Shown here piece after piece: positions 1-12,144 of a DNA stretch of 64,000 nucleotides; within the stretch, counting starts at the first letter, position 1; each line of letters opens with the position of its first letter. The position numbers and the translations under genes were made by a program. The stretch is taken from positions 72,445,414-72,509,413 of the forward strand of contig NC_068986.1 in the NCBI RefSeq assembly GCF_001194135.2, in the 5' to 3' direction. The stretch is from Octopus bimaculoides (taxonomy: Eukaryota). The notes beneath the pieces were generated by a model. It ran no database searches. It saw only the letters and a list, made by a program, of their open reading frames with translations, and had not been told where the DNA came from.

Positions 1-51
1 TGACATAGCTGTTTTTACTATTATCATTGTTATTATTATTACCATTAAACA

Positions 52-257
52 TAGGATGAGGAGCTGGAAAATTCGCTATCATGCCAGACAAAATGCTAGT
101 GGCATTTCTTCCAGCTCTTTACATTCTAAGTTCAAATGCTGCCAAAGTCATCTTTGCCTTCAATTTTTTTGTGGGGATCAATAAAATAAGCACCAGTTTA
201 GCACTTACCTCCTCTCCACAAATTCCTGGCATTGTGCCAAAATTTGAAGCCATTATC
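52..257 (+). mobile_element. tRNA-derived SINE, family 'B' (working label)
   Basis: Head gagctgg..., B-box-like taagttcaaatgc, body tttgccttc...aataaaataagcaccagtt...cttgtgccaaaatttgaa; preceded by an (ATT)-rich tract; more than 20 similar copies in the window. Confidence 0.85.
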
Positions 258-2158
258 AATGCTTAGCATAGAATTTCATCCAATTAGCTCAGTCTATTTT
301 GATAAGTGATGCAAGGGATGTGTTAGATGTAGACTGATGTTAACTTTGACATATGCACAAATATTGAATAAACATGTATTGTGACTATGTATGGGTTGAG
401 ACACAAAAGGTGAAAATATGAGAGGCAGAGAGAAAATTGATAGTAACTTAATATCATGAGTTTGAAAATATGAGCCACTGGGGTCTCTAGACATTTTCAA
501 AGTGAAGCTGCATAATAGCATTTTCAAGGGAGTGTATCATGAGAGGCTTCTTGGAAATTGTGATAGAGGGTGTTGGGCTAGTACATACATTGGTGGTGGC
601 GGTTAGAAATTACATGTATTTTCAACACCCAAATCCCAGAAGGTGAATTTGGGTGGGGTGGGGGAAGAAGGATTTCTAAGAGGAAAGAGAATAGCTTTAG
701 AACAACTTTATTGTTTGTAAATCTAGGTAGAGGAAAATTTTTTTTTCAATTTACTAAGAGAGATGGTTGGTAGGATAAAAGGAGATAGTTTAAGTAGGAA
801 AGGAAAAGAGAGATAAATGTATTAATAGTATTAATATTAACAATAATAAAAAAAAACAGCAATGAATATGAAAGGTAATTCATTGGAGCAGGGGGCAATG
901 AACAAAAGTGCTGGTAGCTAAAAATGAGGAATGAGCATCTCATGTTTACCATCTAAAAGACAATGAAAGACTAACCAAACGTACAGAAGCACTTATATTC
1001 AATGAAAAATTCAAATCAGTAAATAACTAAATGGAGTAATTCTGATATAAACTGTTTGTGACAGATATAATATACACTTTATGTTTGAAACAATAAATTT
1101 AATGAGCATATCTTAAAGCACTAAATTATTTTATTGATTTATGAATAAAAAGTTATGAAATATGTATATGATTTAAACGATAGTTTTCAAAACCAAGTTA
1201 TAAATCTTATATTTGGATTGTGAGATTGAGGATTATTTAAGATCGCTTGCCTTAAGATCTTTGGTCTATTTTATTGCAAGGATAAGATTAATATTAAGGA
1301 AATTAAATTACTGGCATACTTGACACAAATTGAAAAGGTTCTTGCTTAATGTGGTGCATTGAATAATCTGTTGACTGATGTTGATTTGCTGCCAATCTTT
1401 TGCATGAAAGCTTAAATTCTTTGAAAACAGTGATCTGTCCTGATATAATTTACTTCTATATTTAAAAAAAATTTTTCTGCAAAACATTTGTACTTGAAAT
1501 TTACTTACATTTCTCCTTTTTCACCTCTATTAAGTTAAACTTCAAAATATTATTAAGCTCATATCTAATGTGAATCTATTTTAATTGATTAATTAATTAG
1601 CCATGAAGCTTTTAAAGTTTTGGATTTACTTTACACAGAAATGGTCAAAAAGTTTTGCTCACTGGGAAGAAGTTCAGAGAATCTTTACTCATATTGACAT
1701 CAATAAGATTTCCTATATATCAGTTAAAAAGCAATGAAAGAAGAGGATCTACTATAAATGGTCAGAGAGTTGGGAACTATACATATTCTAATGGTTACCT
1801 GAAACATTAGGAACCACCTAAGAATAATTAATTATATCATTATTTTCTGGTGATGTAGTTAAATGAAAAAGTATGGATTCTAGTGAATAGTCAAAAATTA
1901 CAATTATTGATTAGTTTGGAATAATATTGACTGAGTTTGATGAAATTCAGTAGGGAATAAACAGACAAGACAAAATAATTTTTGCTAGAATAATGAATAT
2001 TTATGAGAAATGTCTCAATTTTACTTTAGTGCACCTAGATACATACCGTTTATGAACATATAGAGCCACCATAACAGGTTAGCTTCCTTTTATTCTTATC
2101 TTTATGTTTGATATTGAAAAGCATTGAAGAAAATTGAGGATTTCTTTTCTATTTCTAG

Positions 2159-2261
2159 TCAATTACAACGAGCTAGTCGTAGCCCATCTAGAAGAAATAG
2201 TATAGGTTCTGATGAACTTATTGATGATATTGATGGGAATTTTGAAGTATTAAATGACAAA
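2159..2261 (+). CDS. RAB11FIP4: FIP3/4 exon A (x-QLQRASRSPSRRNSIGSDELIDDIDGNFEVLNDK)
   Basis: tttctatttctag acceptor at 2157-2158; AAA|gtaagt donor at 2262; phase 2 in, phase 0 out; resembles the Ser-rich segment before the FIP4 coiled coil. Confidence 0.85.
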
Positions 2262-5200
2262 GTAAGTACATATACATTTCTTGTAGCCACTATATTTGTA
2301 GTGATAAATCACTATTAATGTTTACAGTATTGTCTTTGTCTAAATTTCTCTTTGGTCCACTATTGTGTAAGCTTTCTTATCATATACAAATACTTCTTTG
2401 ACCCAACTTTAGTGTAACAATGTTTTTTTTTTTCTGCTTTGTACTTTCTCTTTTTGTCTTAACCACAATTACCACCTACAACTTGTGTGGCAAGAAGTTT
2501 ACTTCTGGTTCAGTCCCACTGCAGGGCACCTTGAACAAGTGTTCTCTTCCATAGCCTCATGAAGTGAGTGCATTTGGTAAATGGAAACTGAAGAAATCCT
2601 ATCATGTGTGTGTGTGTTTGTGCCAATGATATATAAAAAACACCCTGCATACTATGTAAAGTGGTTGGCATTAGGAAGGGCATCCAACCATAGAAGCCAA
2701 GCCGAAATAGACAACTAGAAACTGCCTAACCCACACCAGCATAGAAAACAAATGTTAAATGATGATGATGGTGGTGTGTTCATGTTTGTCCCCCCCCCCC
2801 CCACATGACAACCATTGTTGCTTTGTTTACTTCTCTGTAACTTAATGGTTTAGTAAAAAGAGACCAGTAGTGTAAGTACCAGGCTTGGAAAAAAACAAAG
2901 TACTGGGACCGATTTGTTTGACTAAACCCTTCAAGGTGTTGCCTCAAGATAACAGTTTAATGACTGAAATAAGTAAAAAATAAAAGATATTTTATTGGTT
3001 CCAAATTTGTGATGGAATTATTAATCAATTTCCTCTCTTAATAATCAGTTTTACTGACCCTTAAATTAAAATATAGAATGGATTCAGTAGAAAAACTCTA
3101 ATAATGATAACGATGATGGTGTTGATGATTTCTAAAGATATTTCTATAGATTTGATTTTTAATTACTTTTGCTTTCTAGGTAAGAAGTCTTGAAAAGCAA
3201 ATTTCACTTTTGACTGAAAGCCAAATGAAGAATGATGATAAGCATCAGAGATTAAAAGAAGAAAACTGTAGTCTTATTCAAAAGTAAGTCATTAAAACAT
3301 TTTATATAATTAATATTAAAAAATGTCCAGTAACCAACAGATCATTAAATCAAAATAATGTCAAAAGTACAATAAATTTTTTAGTTTTTTTTTATTAATG
3401 TAACAAAAATTGGTGAGTCTACAAGAATAATATATGAGACTGAATATATTGATGCTTACTTTTTTTTGAGAATCTGTAAAATGCAAGGATGCCAATCAGA
3501 AATCTTTGTAAAATTTTATTGTATAAAAAAAACTATAGCTGGAAGTTTTCTGAATTTTATCTTTGACCTATGGCTACAAGTGTAAATCTTATCTCTTGTC
3601 GTTCTGTTTGTTATTTGGAGAGCTAATGATAATTCAAAAATGCACATAGCAGCAGTAGAATTCATTGTACCAAAAGTAAAATAATCATTGATATGCATAA
3701 AGAAAAGAGGACGAGTTAATTTGATTCAGTTTCCTCAATTTACATACAGTGACCAAAATGAAGCACATGATGAGAATAAGTAGTTTGAACTTTCTGTTAT
3801 TGTATAGTTGGATAATGATGGATATTTATATAGATGTTTGTGAAAATGATTTTATTTAGTTGGTTACTGTAGTTAAAATATTGGACATGTTTATTACTTT
3901 GCTTACTCAGTAAGACTATTTGAAAATGTGTTCCCTTTCAGTTCACTGTTGAGGGGTTAGTATTGTCAAATCTTTGTTCAATAATTCATACTTATATCTT
4001 TGATTAGAACCAGCAAAATTTGACATGAATAAATAGATATGACAATCAATGAAATCATGTATTTGTTGGTCTTTGCTAAACATCAAATACATCATGTATT
4101 GTGGAAACTTATTAATCAAACTTGCATTCTTGTTAATTGAATTTACATTTGATTTGCTTTTCAATATCAGACAGAATTACAACTGCTGTAATAATTTATG
4201 TGGATGATAGAGCACCACAGACCTTATCAAGAAACAACAATTAAGATGGCAAAAGTCATTTAGTATAAAAATAAAGTTTTAATTTGAAGAAATGCCTTTC
4301 TGTTTTTATAATTTTTTTTATGATCAAGGCTTTTTAATTATTAAATAAGATAAAAGGAGCTAAAATAAGAAGCATTGAAGAGCTTTTGTGTAGATTCTGA
4401 ATATAATTTTATAACTCCGAAAGCATGTGGCCTAATGGCTAGGGTGTTACACTCACGATTGCAAAATTGTGGTTTCAGTTTCCTATACAGGTGGTGTATT
4501 GTGTTCTTGAGCAAAATACTTCATTTCACATTACTCCAGTCCACTCAGCTGTAAATGAGTGACCCTGTGATAGACTGACCTCTTTTTCAGGGGCAATATT
4601 GTGATCTCAATCACTTATACATCTTGAAAATTGGGTAACAACCCTGGGTCATAGGTTCAGGATAGCAATGTCCCAAGGGCCTTTTTTTCTTTTTCACTAA
4701 AATAATGTGCTCCTGCATCTAGCATAAGTATATACTATTTTAGAATTACCCTTTGATTAGTTAACATAATAGTATCTGTGCACTATAAATGCTTTATTAT
4801 AATAAGATCCACGTAAAGGACTCACTATGTTTCAATATTTTCCTATTCTGTTTGCACTTTAAGATCTGTTAGCATATACATATATAATTTAAAATTTATT
4901 TGAAAAAACAAAAAAGCTGTGATTTTTTTCCCATCACTATTTTTAGTGATATCGTTTATCGGTAAGTTAAAGAATTTTTGCCTGGAAATTATGTATGTTC
5001 TGAATGAGAAATTTGATTTCAAATTTCTTTTTTGTTTTGTAGCTGCATCTTGAGTGAATATGCATATTAATTTTCCTGGCATAAATTGCATGGATGGTGT
5101 TATAGTAAAATCTAAAAATACTTTAGCTAATTTATTGCAATTACAAAATAGTTAATTATCTAATGCATCATGACTGTGTTTCAATCTTCAAGACAAAAGC

Positions 5201-8200
5201 ATGAAGGAAGTCTTTGCCAAAATATTGAATGTTTTCTCTTTTTTTTTTTGTCCTTTCTATTAATTTGAAAATAATTATGGTTTTTAAATGTTAGCCTCAC
5301 TTGAGAATTAAACATATACGCATGTGTTTTCAACTTATAAGTGTTGTTGTTACTTCACCTGTTGTTGTTACTTTTTTACTTGAATCAAATATTTTGAAGA
5401 TGTATCATATAATTGCATGATTTTTCTTTCTTGTTTATAAATAAAACTTAGATTTAGCTTCTTGTAATATCTAAAGCTTAAAGAACTGAGGCTGCTTGTT
5501 TTTTTTTTTGTTTTATTTTCCCCCCTCTGTTGACAATGAGTGAAATTGCTAACTAAAGAACATAGAGCTTTTCTGTTGGAAATAAGTATTAATTACTTTC
5601 TTGACTAACAGGATAATACAATCGTACCCTGATGGCCACCCTGGTCAATTATCAAGCAATGTGTATTAGAATACATTTTCTATTAGCAGTGAAATTTGTC
5701 TTTGTTTCTTTCTTTTTTGAATCTACTTTTTTGAATTCTTTTTCCTGAAATTGGTTTTAAAAAATGCTGATTTTTCTCTACAAATAGAATAAAATCAAAC
5801 TAAATATCACCTCCTCCCCTCAAAAGTTTTCTTCATAACATACTGGTTTCTTTCTTTTTATTTTTCTACAAATAAGGCTATCCTTGTACAAGGAAAACAG
5901 TATAGTTAATGTAATATGATCTGCTCGTTTTTTTTTCTCTTTTCTCTTTTTCACTTTAGATATATATATCTGGCTATTTTCAGTTTGCAATTTCATCTCA
6001 ATGTGTTATCTTGTAAATGATAGGGAGTTAGTTATGTAATCAAGTTAATCCAATGTTTTTTACATCTTTAATATAAAATAATCTGGTAGTTGGCCTTAAG
6101 AAAGTCAGTTAAACATGAAATATTGTCTAGTTGTATTCAAATTATACTACCATTTCTTGTCTTGTACAGTTGTGATTTGGAGCCGACAAGGAACCTTTTA
6201 TGTAGTTGTTTGACCTGCTAAAAAGAGTAACCAATTCTCTCAAATCACAACCTGACGTCTTAAAAAAAGAAAGACACTGGATAATGAAAGATAATGAAGT
6301 CTTAGATACACTGTCTGAAAATGGGTTCATGACAGGGAGGGCATCCAACTGTAAAACAATGCCTCAATAACATATTCATCTTTAATTATATGATTACGGG
6401 TTACTCGTGTTTTTCTATATAAATCTCCTTAAGTGACAAGAGTCGATGATTTTACATTAGTAACTAGCTGAATCAATTATTTCCATGTTTGTTTTTCACA
6501 TAAAACACTTAACTCTGAAGTAGTTTAATGTATTGGGTTATCAATCACATAAAACAGTTAGTTCCAAAGTAGTTGTTTAACTAATAGTTTCTCAAAGTGA
6601 AACAGTTTGTTCTGAGGTACTTTAATAAAATTTTGTAAATCTGTTAAACTGCTATGTATGGTTCTACATATCTTTTAAACTTTAAAATGTTTAAATTTAC
6701 TGTTGTTGATGAGGTAAAAGTAGTTGTAAGAGGAAGAGAAAATAAGGACAACAATTATTTGTTTTTCACCTATAGACTTACCTTACTATTTTTCAAAGGA
6801 TAATACCTAGTTTGTAAAGTATTAGAATCATAAAAATGGAAAATTCTGTCCACAAAAAAAAAAGTAAAAAAAGGGAGTATAAGATGAGGTTAACCAGTTC
6901 AATAAATTAAAACATTTTAAAACAGAGAAGTTAAAACCTTTTTTTTTCTTTCAATTCTTATGTATATTTGTCTGCATGAAGGTGTCTTCAGTAAAAACAT
7001 TGTATATGTTCTTTGTAATAAACATTTTTGTATCTTGTTGTTATATATTTCATTTTGTCTAACCATATTCATACACTGCATCATCATTTTCATGCTAGTA
7101 TGGGTTGTATAGTATTTCACCATGTGTTGTGGTTTCCAATATATTTACTTAATAGTGTCTAGTCTGCTGTTGAAATGATTTTATTAGATTTCCTTTAGCT
7201 TCAAAGTATTGTTAAAATCTTGTAATATTTAATGTCACTAAAAGGAAATGTTAATTAAACAAGACTATTTACTCTTGAGATTTAGCGTTTCATTGTAGGA
7301 AATAATAATGATAATTCAATATTTTATCCTTTCCTTAGGATCATACTTTCTTAATTCATTTATTGTTAAAACTATGTTAAATGATTTACTTTTCTAAAAT
7401 TTTATTCATATTCTTTTAGACAATTGTATCCCTTTCCAACTTTATGATCCTATTTATTTACATAAAGTAATTCTATTTTACTCCTTATACTCAGCTAAAT
7501 AACATATTTTCACTTCTGGCTGTTGATCTCAGTGAACGCTTAGTAAGACTTTATATTTAGTTCAAGCCTCTTCCGCTGTTTTCTTTCTTTCTACTGTTAT
7601 GTGATGAATGAGTCATTCGTTATCAGTAGTCAGTATGGCTAAGCCTAACATTATATAGTAAATATTCATGCAGTTTAATACACCTGTGTATGGGTTTCAA
7701 TCAATATATTATAGCATTTGTCACATGAATTAGGTTAATACTTCTATCAAATGTTTGTATGGGATGAAAGAGCCAAACCTAGAAGGTAATAACTTTGGAA
7801 TTAGTTAAGTTTAAAAAAAAAGAAATGACCCACCTTATTATTGAAGAAATTTCTTATAATTAAGGTTCATTTTATTCCCTTTGTTTACTGCTAACATTTC
7901 ACATATTTTCTCCATAATAATGATATTAAATAAAACCAAGATCCTGATTTTAGTTGCAGAAATAAACAGTCTTGATATCAATGTAAAATTGTTTTCTATT
8001 TTTAACTGTTGTATTATGATAGAAGATAGATTGATTTTAGTCTACATAAAATATAGTTAATTTGACTTCCAGCAGTATCTCTTCAAATTAGGATTATGGT
8101 AATTGAAATGAGTCTATAGTCTCCTCAAAAACAGCTCTCTAAAGTATTTTTGATAAATCACATTTTTTTATATGTATTTTATATTTAATGTGATTAATGT

Positions 8201-11200
8201 CAGGCATTCAGTTATATGTTCCTTTTGTGGAACATAATTATTTTTAAGGATTTTTTTTCTTCACATTTGGTTGTTTAATAATTTCTAATTGTTTGGTATA
8301 ATAGTATTTTCTTCTTTTGTAAAAGTCAACAACTTTTAACAGCAATCTCTTAACTGTAGCTTAAATTTAAAGTTTTTTTGACATTTATATCTAGAATATT
8401 TTAAAGGATTTGCTCAATTCAGCTTCTCTAAATTATAAAGTCCTTCATATATTTGTTTTGTGATTTATTTTTTTAATTTTTATGCGAACTTGACTGCGAT
8501 GTCAAAACTATGATATTAAGCAGTTCTCTGTTTTGTCTGACACAATATCAAATTGGTATCAATATTTGAATGTATCATCAGGCAAAATACTTAGCAGCAT
8601 TTCATCTGCCTTTACATTCTGAGTTCAAATTTTGCCAAGGTCAACTTTGCCTTTCATCTTTTTGGGGTTGATAAAATAAGTACCAGTTGAGCACTGGGCT
8701 TACCCCCTCTCTCAAACTTGTTAGTCTTGTGCCAAATTTTGAAACCAATATTTGAATGTATCACTTTCTAATCAGTCAGCCACAACTAAATACATTTCTT
8801 TGTGCAAATGTTTCATAAATAAAGTTTTCAAAAGAACTCCAGGTAAAGAAACTCTATTGTAACTTTTCTACTCCTGTTCACAATTTACCAACAAGAATGC
8901 TTCCCCAATAGGAAAACAGTTATCTGGAAATACTAAAAAAAAAAAAATTAACAAAGCCTAAATTATATTTATGAGTCATTTTTATTAGTGAAAATCAACA
9001 TTTCCATTAAAATTAGCTGCTTTAAAAACTTAGCATATAAATTCTGAATAGAGCATTTTGAGTGCTAAAAGGCTACTATTAGCTTGTGATATTGAATAAA
9101 TACTAAATTTTTTGTAGAATTGGAGGGTTATGAGTATACAGGGAATTACTCATTCTATTTATTTAATTGGATGAAATTACTAGGTTTGGTTTTGTTGCTA
9201 TATCTTTTAATGTCACAAATTATTTGTTTTATTACCTCTTTAGATATAACAGATTGCTAAGCTTAAAGCTTTGGCAAAATATAATGTAAATAGATAGTTT
9301 TTAAGATACTTTTATTTATGGTATAGTTGAAATATAAATAAACTTGTAGTGTAAATAAAACAAATCTTGAAAAGAGATGTTTTGAACTAGAAAAGTTTGA
9401 AAACTTAATCTTTTTCTTAAAGATTTGCTTAACTACACTTTCAATTAATCATGTGTAATATAATTTTAAAGACACTCTGTATTGTAATTTTACTCATTAT
9501 AAAACAAGTATGTATAAAATGTGGTAGTTAAGTTTAGAAATTTATAGTTGAAATAGAAATTAAGTATTGCTAAGTGGTATCTCTAAGAAAAATTGATATT
9601 ATATATAACAAGGTACATTTCATGTTATGGCTCAGAAGTAGAAAGCTTTAGATTGGTGCACTTAATTTGTGGCTTATAAAAAATTAGTGAAGTTAGTACT
9701 TGGTTGAAATACATAGCATTGAAGGGAATCCAACAATGCAATAGTTATAGGAATAGATTAAATGTAAATAGGAAGAAAAATATATTGTGAAGAGCAATAA
9801 GTAGAAGGAATGGATAGATTTGAGCATGAATGGCATGTACCTAGGTTCATAATTGTATTTGGAGAAGATGCAAAATTAAGATAGTTGGTGGCTATGAGAT
9901 AAAGTTGAGAATAAATCATCATCATCAGTGTTCAGTGTCCTTTTTCCATGCTCGCATGGGTTGAATCAACCAGGCTGATGAATTAATTTGAATATTATTT
10001 AAGATGTTTTCAATATGTATGCAGTACTCTGTTTTGGTTTGTAATTTAACCATAACTGTATCAACTGAAACACTTCTTGGCTATTAAGTACAAGTTAAAT
10101 TGTGAAGAAATTCGACTAATGTTAATATGAGAACAACATTAGAATTCAAAGTGTTCAGAGTGATATTGTCATTCTGAAGGTTAAGGTGGAAAAGAACACA
10201 TGCAGTTTTGTGTAGTTGAATGCTATCATTTGGTCAAATTTCAGTTGGAGATTACCATGAAGGATTTTTATTGATAAAGATGAATAGCTGGTAGAATCAA
10301 TTATTACTTGCAAGAAGCAAAGTATGATCTTGAAGGAATGGAGATATTTTATCAGAATAAAAGTGTTTGGTGTTGATAGTAATTGACAGGTTATTGATAA
10401 ACTAACTGAATATTGGGGTTAATAATAGATCCTCGTTATCAACTTTATAAAATTGATTAAGGTTGGTTGATGATAAATTTATTAATGAGTTAAAGATTGG
10501 CCAATGATAAATGTATTAAAGAAATTTCCTTGTTTTCATAATAAATACTTTGTTAATTTGTATCTGATTAGAGTCCACAAAATGTTACTGACATAAGTAA
10601 TAGAGTTTAAAGGAGCTTTTCAATTATTGGTAGCTACAGTTAGTTACTTTATTTACCTTACTTGTACTGTATTATTTAAATGGTGTGTGTTAATATCATT
10701 GGGAAAATATGAATGCTATAGTTTTCCATCTCATCTAGCTGGTCTTCATTCCTAATTTAGAAAGCATTTTTTAAATACTCATATAATTTAACATTTTAAG
10801 TAACAAAATATCTGAGAATTTTATCTTTTTCCATTATTTTAATTACCCTTTTACTATTTACTACCTGTTATCTATGTAATGTTATATGTGTATTAAGTTA
10901 CCTGCACATGAGATATTAGACTGCTGTAATGCATGTATCTTTCACTGTCATAGTTAAATTAGATAGGACAGTAGTTTAATTTTGAAAAATAAACTGCTCC
11001 AAAATAGTAGCTGACTGCTTGCTGTATGTAGTGGGTTGTTAGAAAGTATGCGGTGAGATTTTGAAAAAGGTATTTAAAGAAGAAAATTACTTTAAGTACA
11101 ATCAGTACAGTTGAAGTACACTAGCTTTCTGCATTGGCTGTTGCTTTGGTATAGGAAACAGGTAGATAGAAAAAGTTTAAATTATGGTGGGACAAAGGTT

Positions 11201-11311
11201 TGTTTAAACAGTTTATATATTCAGTTCATTGTAATGTATGTGTATTAGAAATGTTTTATTATATGCATATTTTGGTATAAACTAGAACATTTAACTCTGG
11301 TTTTATATATG

Positions 11312-11370
<59 letters not shown>

Positions 11371-12090
11371 CATCTTATTTTTATTAAGAACTGCTAAAAA
11401 TAAAACGCATTACAAAATATGTTTTAACTTCTGAAATTATGAGTGGTGTTGTGGTTGGCAAAAGTTTGCTTCAGTTTTTTTTCTTATCTTTTCTTTGTAT
11501 TTGATTTCAAATTCTCATGTATTACTGTACAAACTTTAGCAAGTTTTCCTGCTTAGACTCAGAAAACTCAAACAACCTTCAAACATTAGTTTCTTTCTCA
11601 CTCTCACACACATATATCCACATCCACATGCATATTCACACATATTTAGTTTGGCTACAATCAAATATTATTCTAGAAAAGATTAGTTTCATTTTTGTCT
11701 TATAAGACTGAACTGATTATCAATAAAATTATTTTGATATCCTACCTTTTAAAATTCTCTTTCTGTGAAATACTTTGCCTACTTAAAGTAATTATAGTGG
11801 AGAATGTGTAAATGGTTCAAAAGCTCTTCTACTACTATGATTTAAAAGATGTTCAACTAGTTTGCCGACATCTTTCTCTGCATACCTACTTCATGGCTAT
11901 AATTTGATCATTCCAGAAATAGTCACAGTTTGTTTTTGTTTAAATATTACCTCACAGGCAAAAGTATTTCTGTAATCTAGCCTGACACAATTTTTGCTTG
12001 ATAGCTGTAAAACTTTTAATACATTCTAATAAAATTTATTATCTTGAGTTAGTATATATAGTATTGTGTAGTATATCTAGTTTGTGTATG

Positions 12091-12144
<54 letters not shown>

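Noticed and set aside
1640-1810. Open stretch LKSNERRGSTING... after an AG at about 1722, as a possible upstream FIP exon
   Set aside because: Available donors are phase 0 or 1, whereas exon A needs phase 2; no recognisable FIP similarity.
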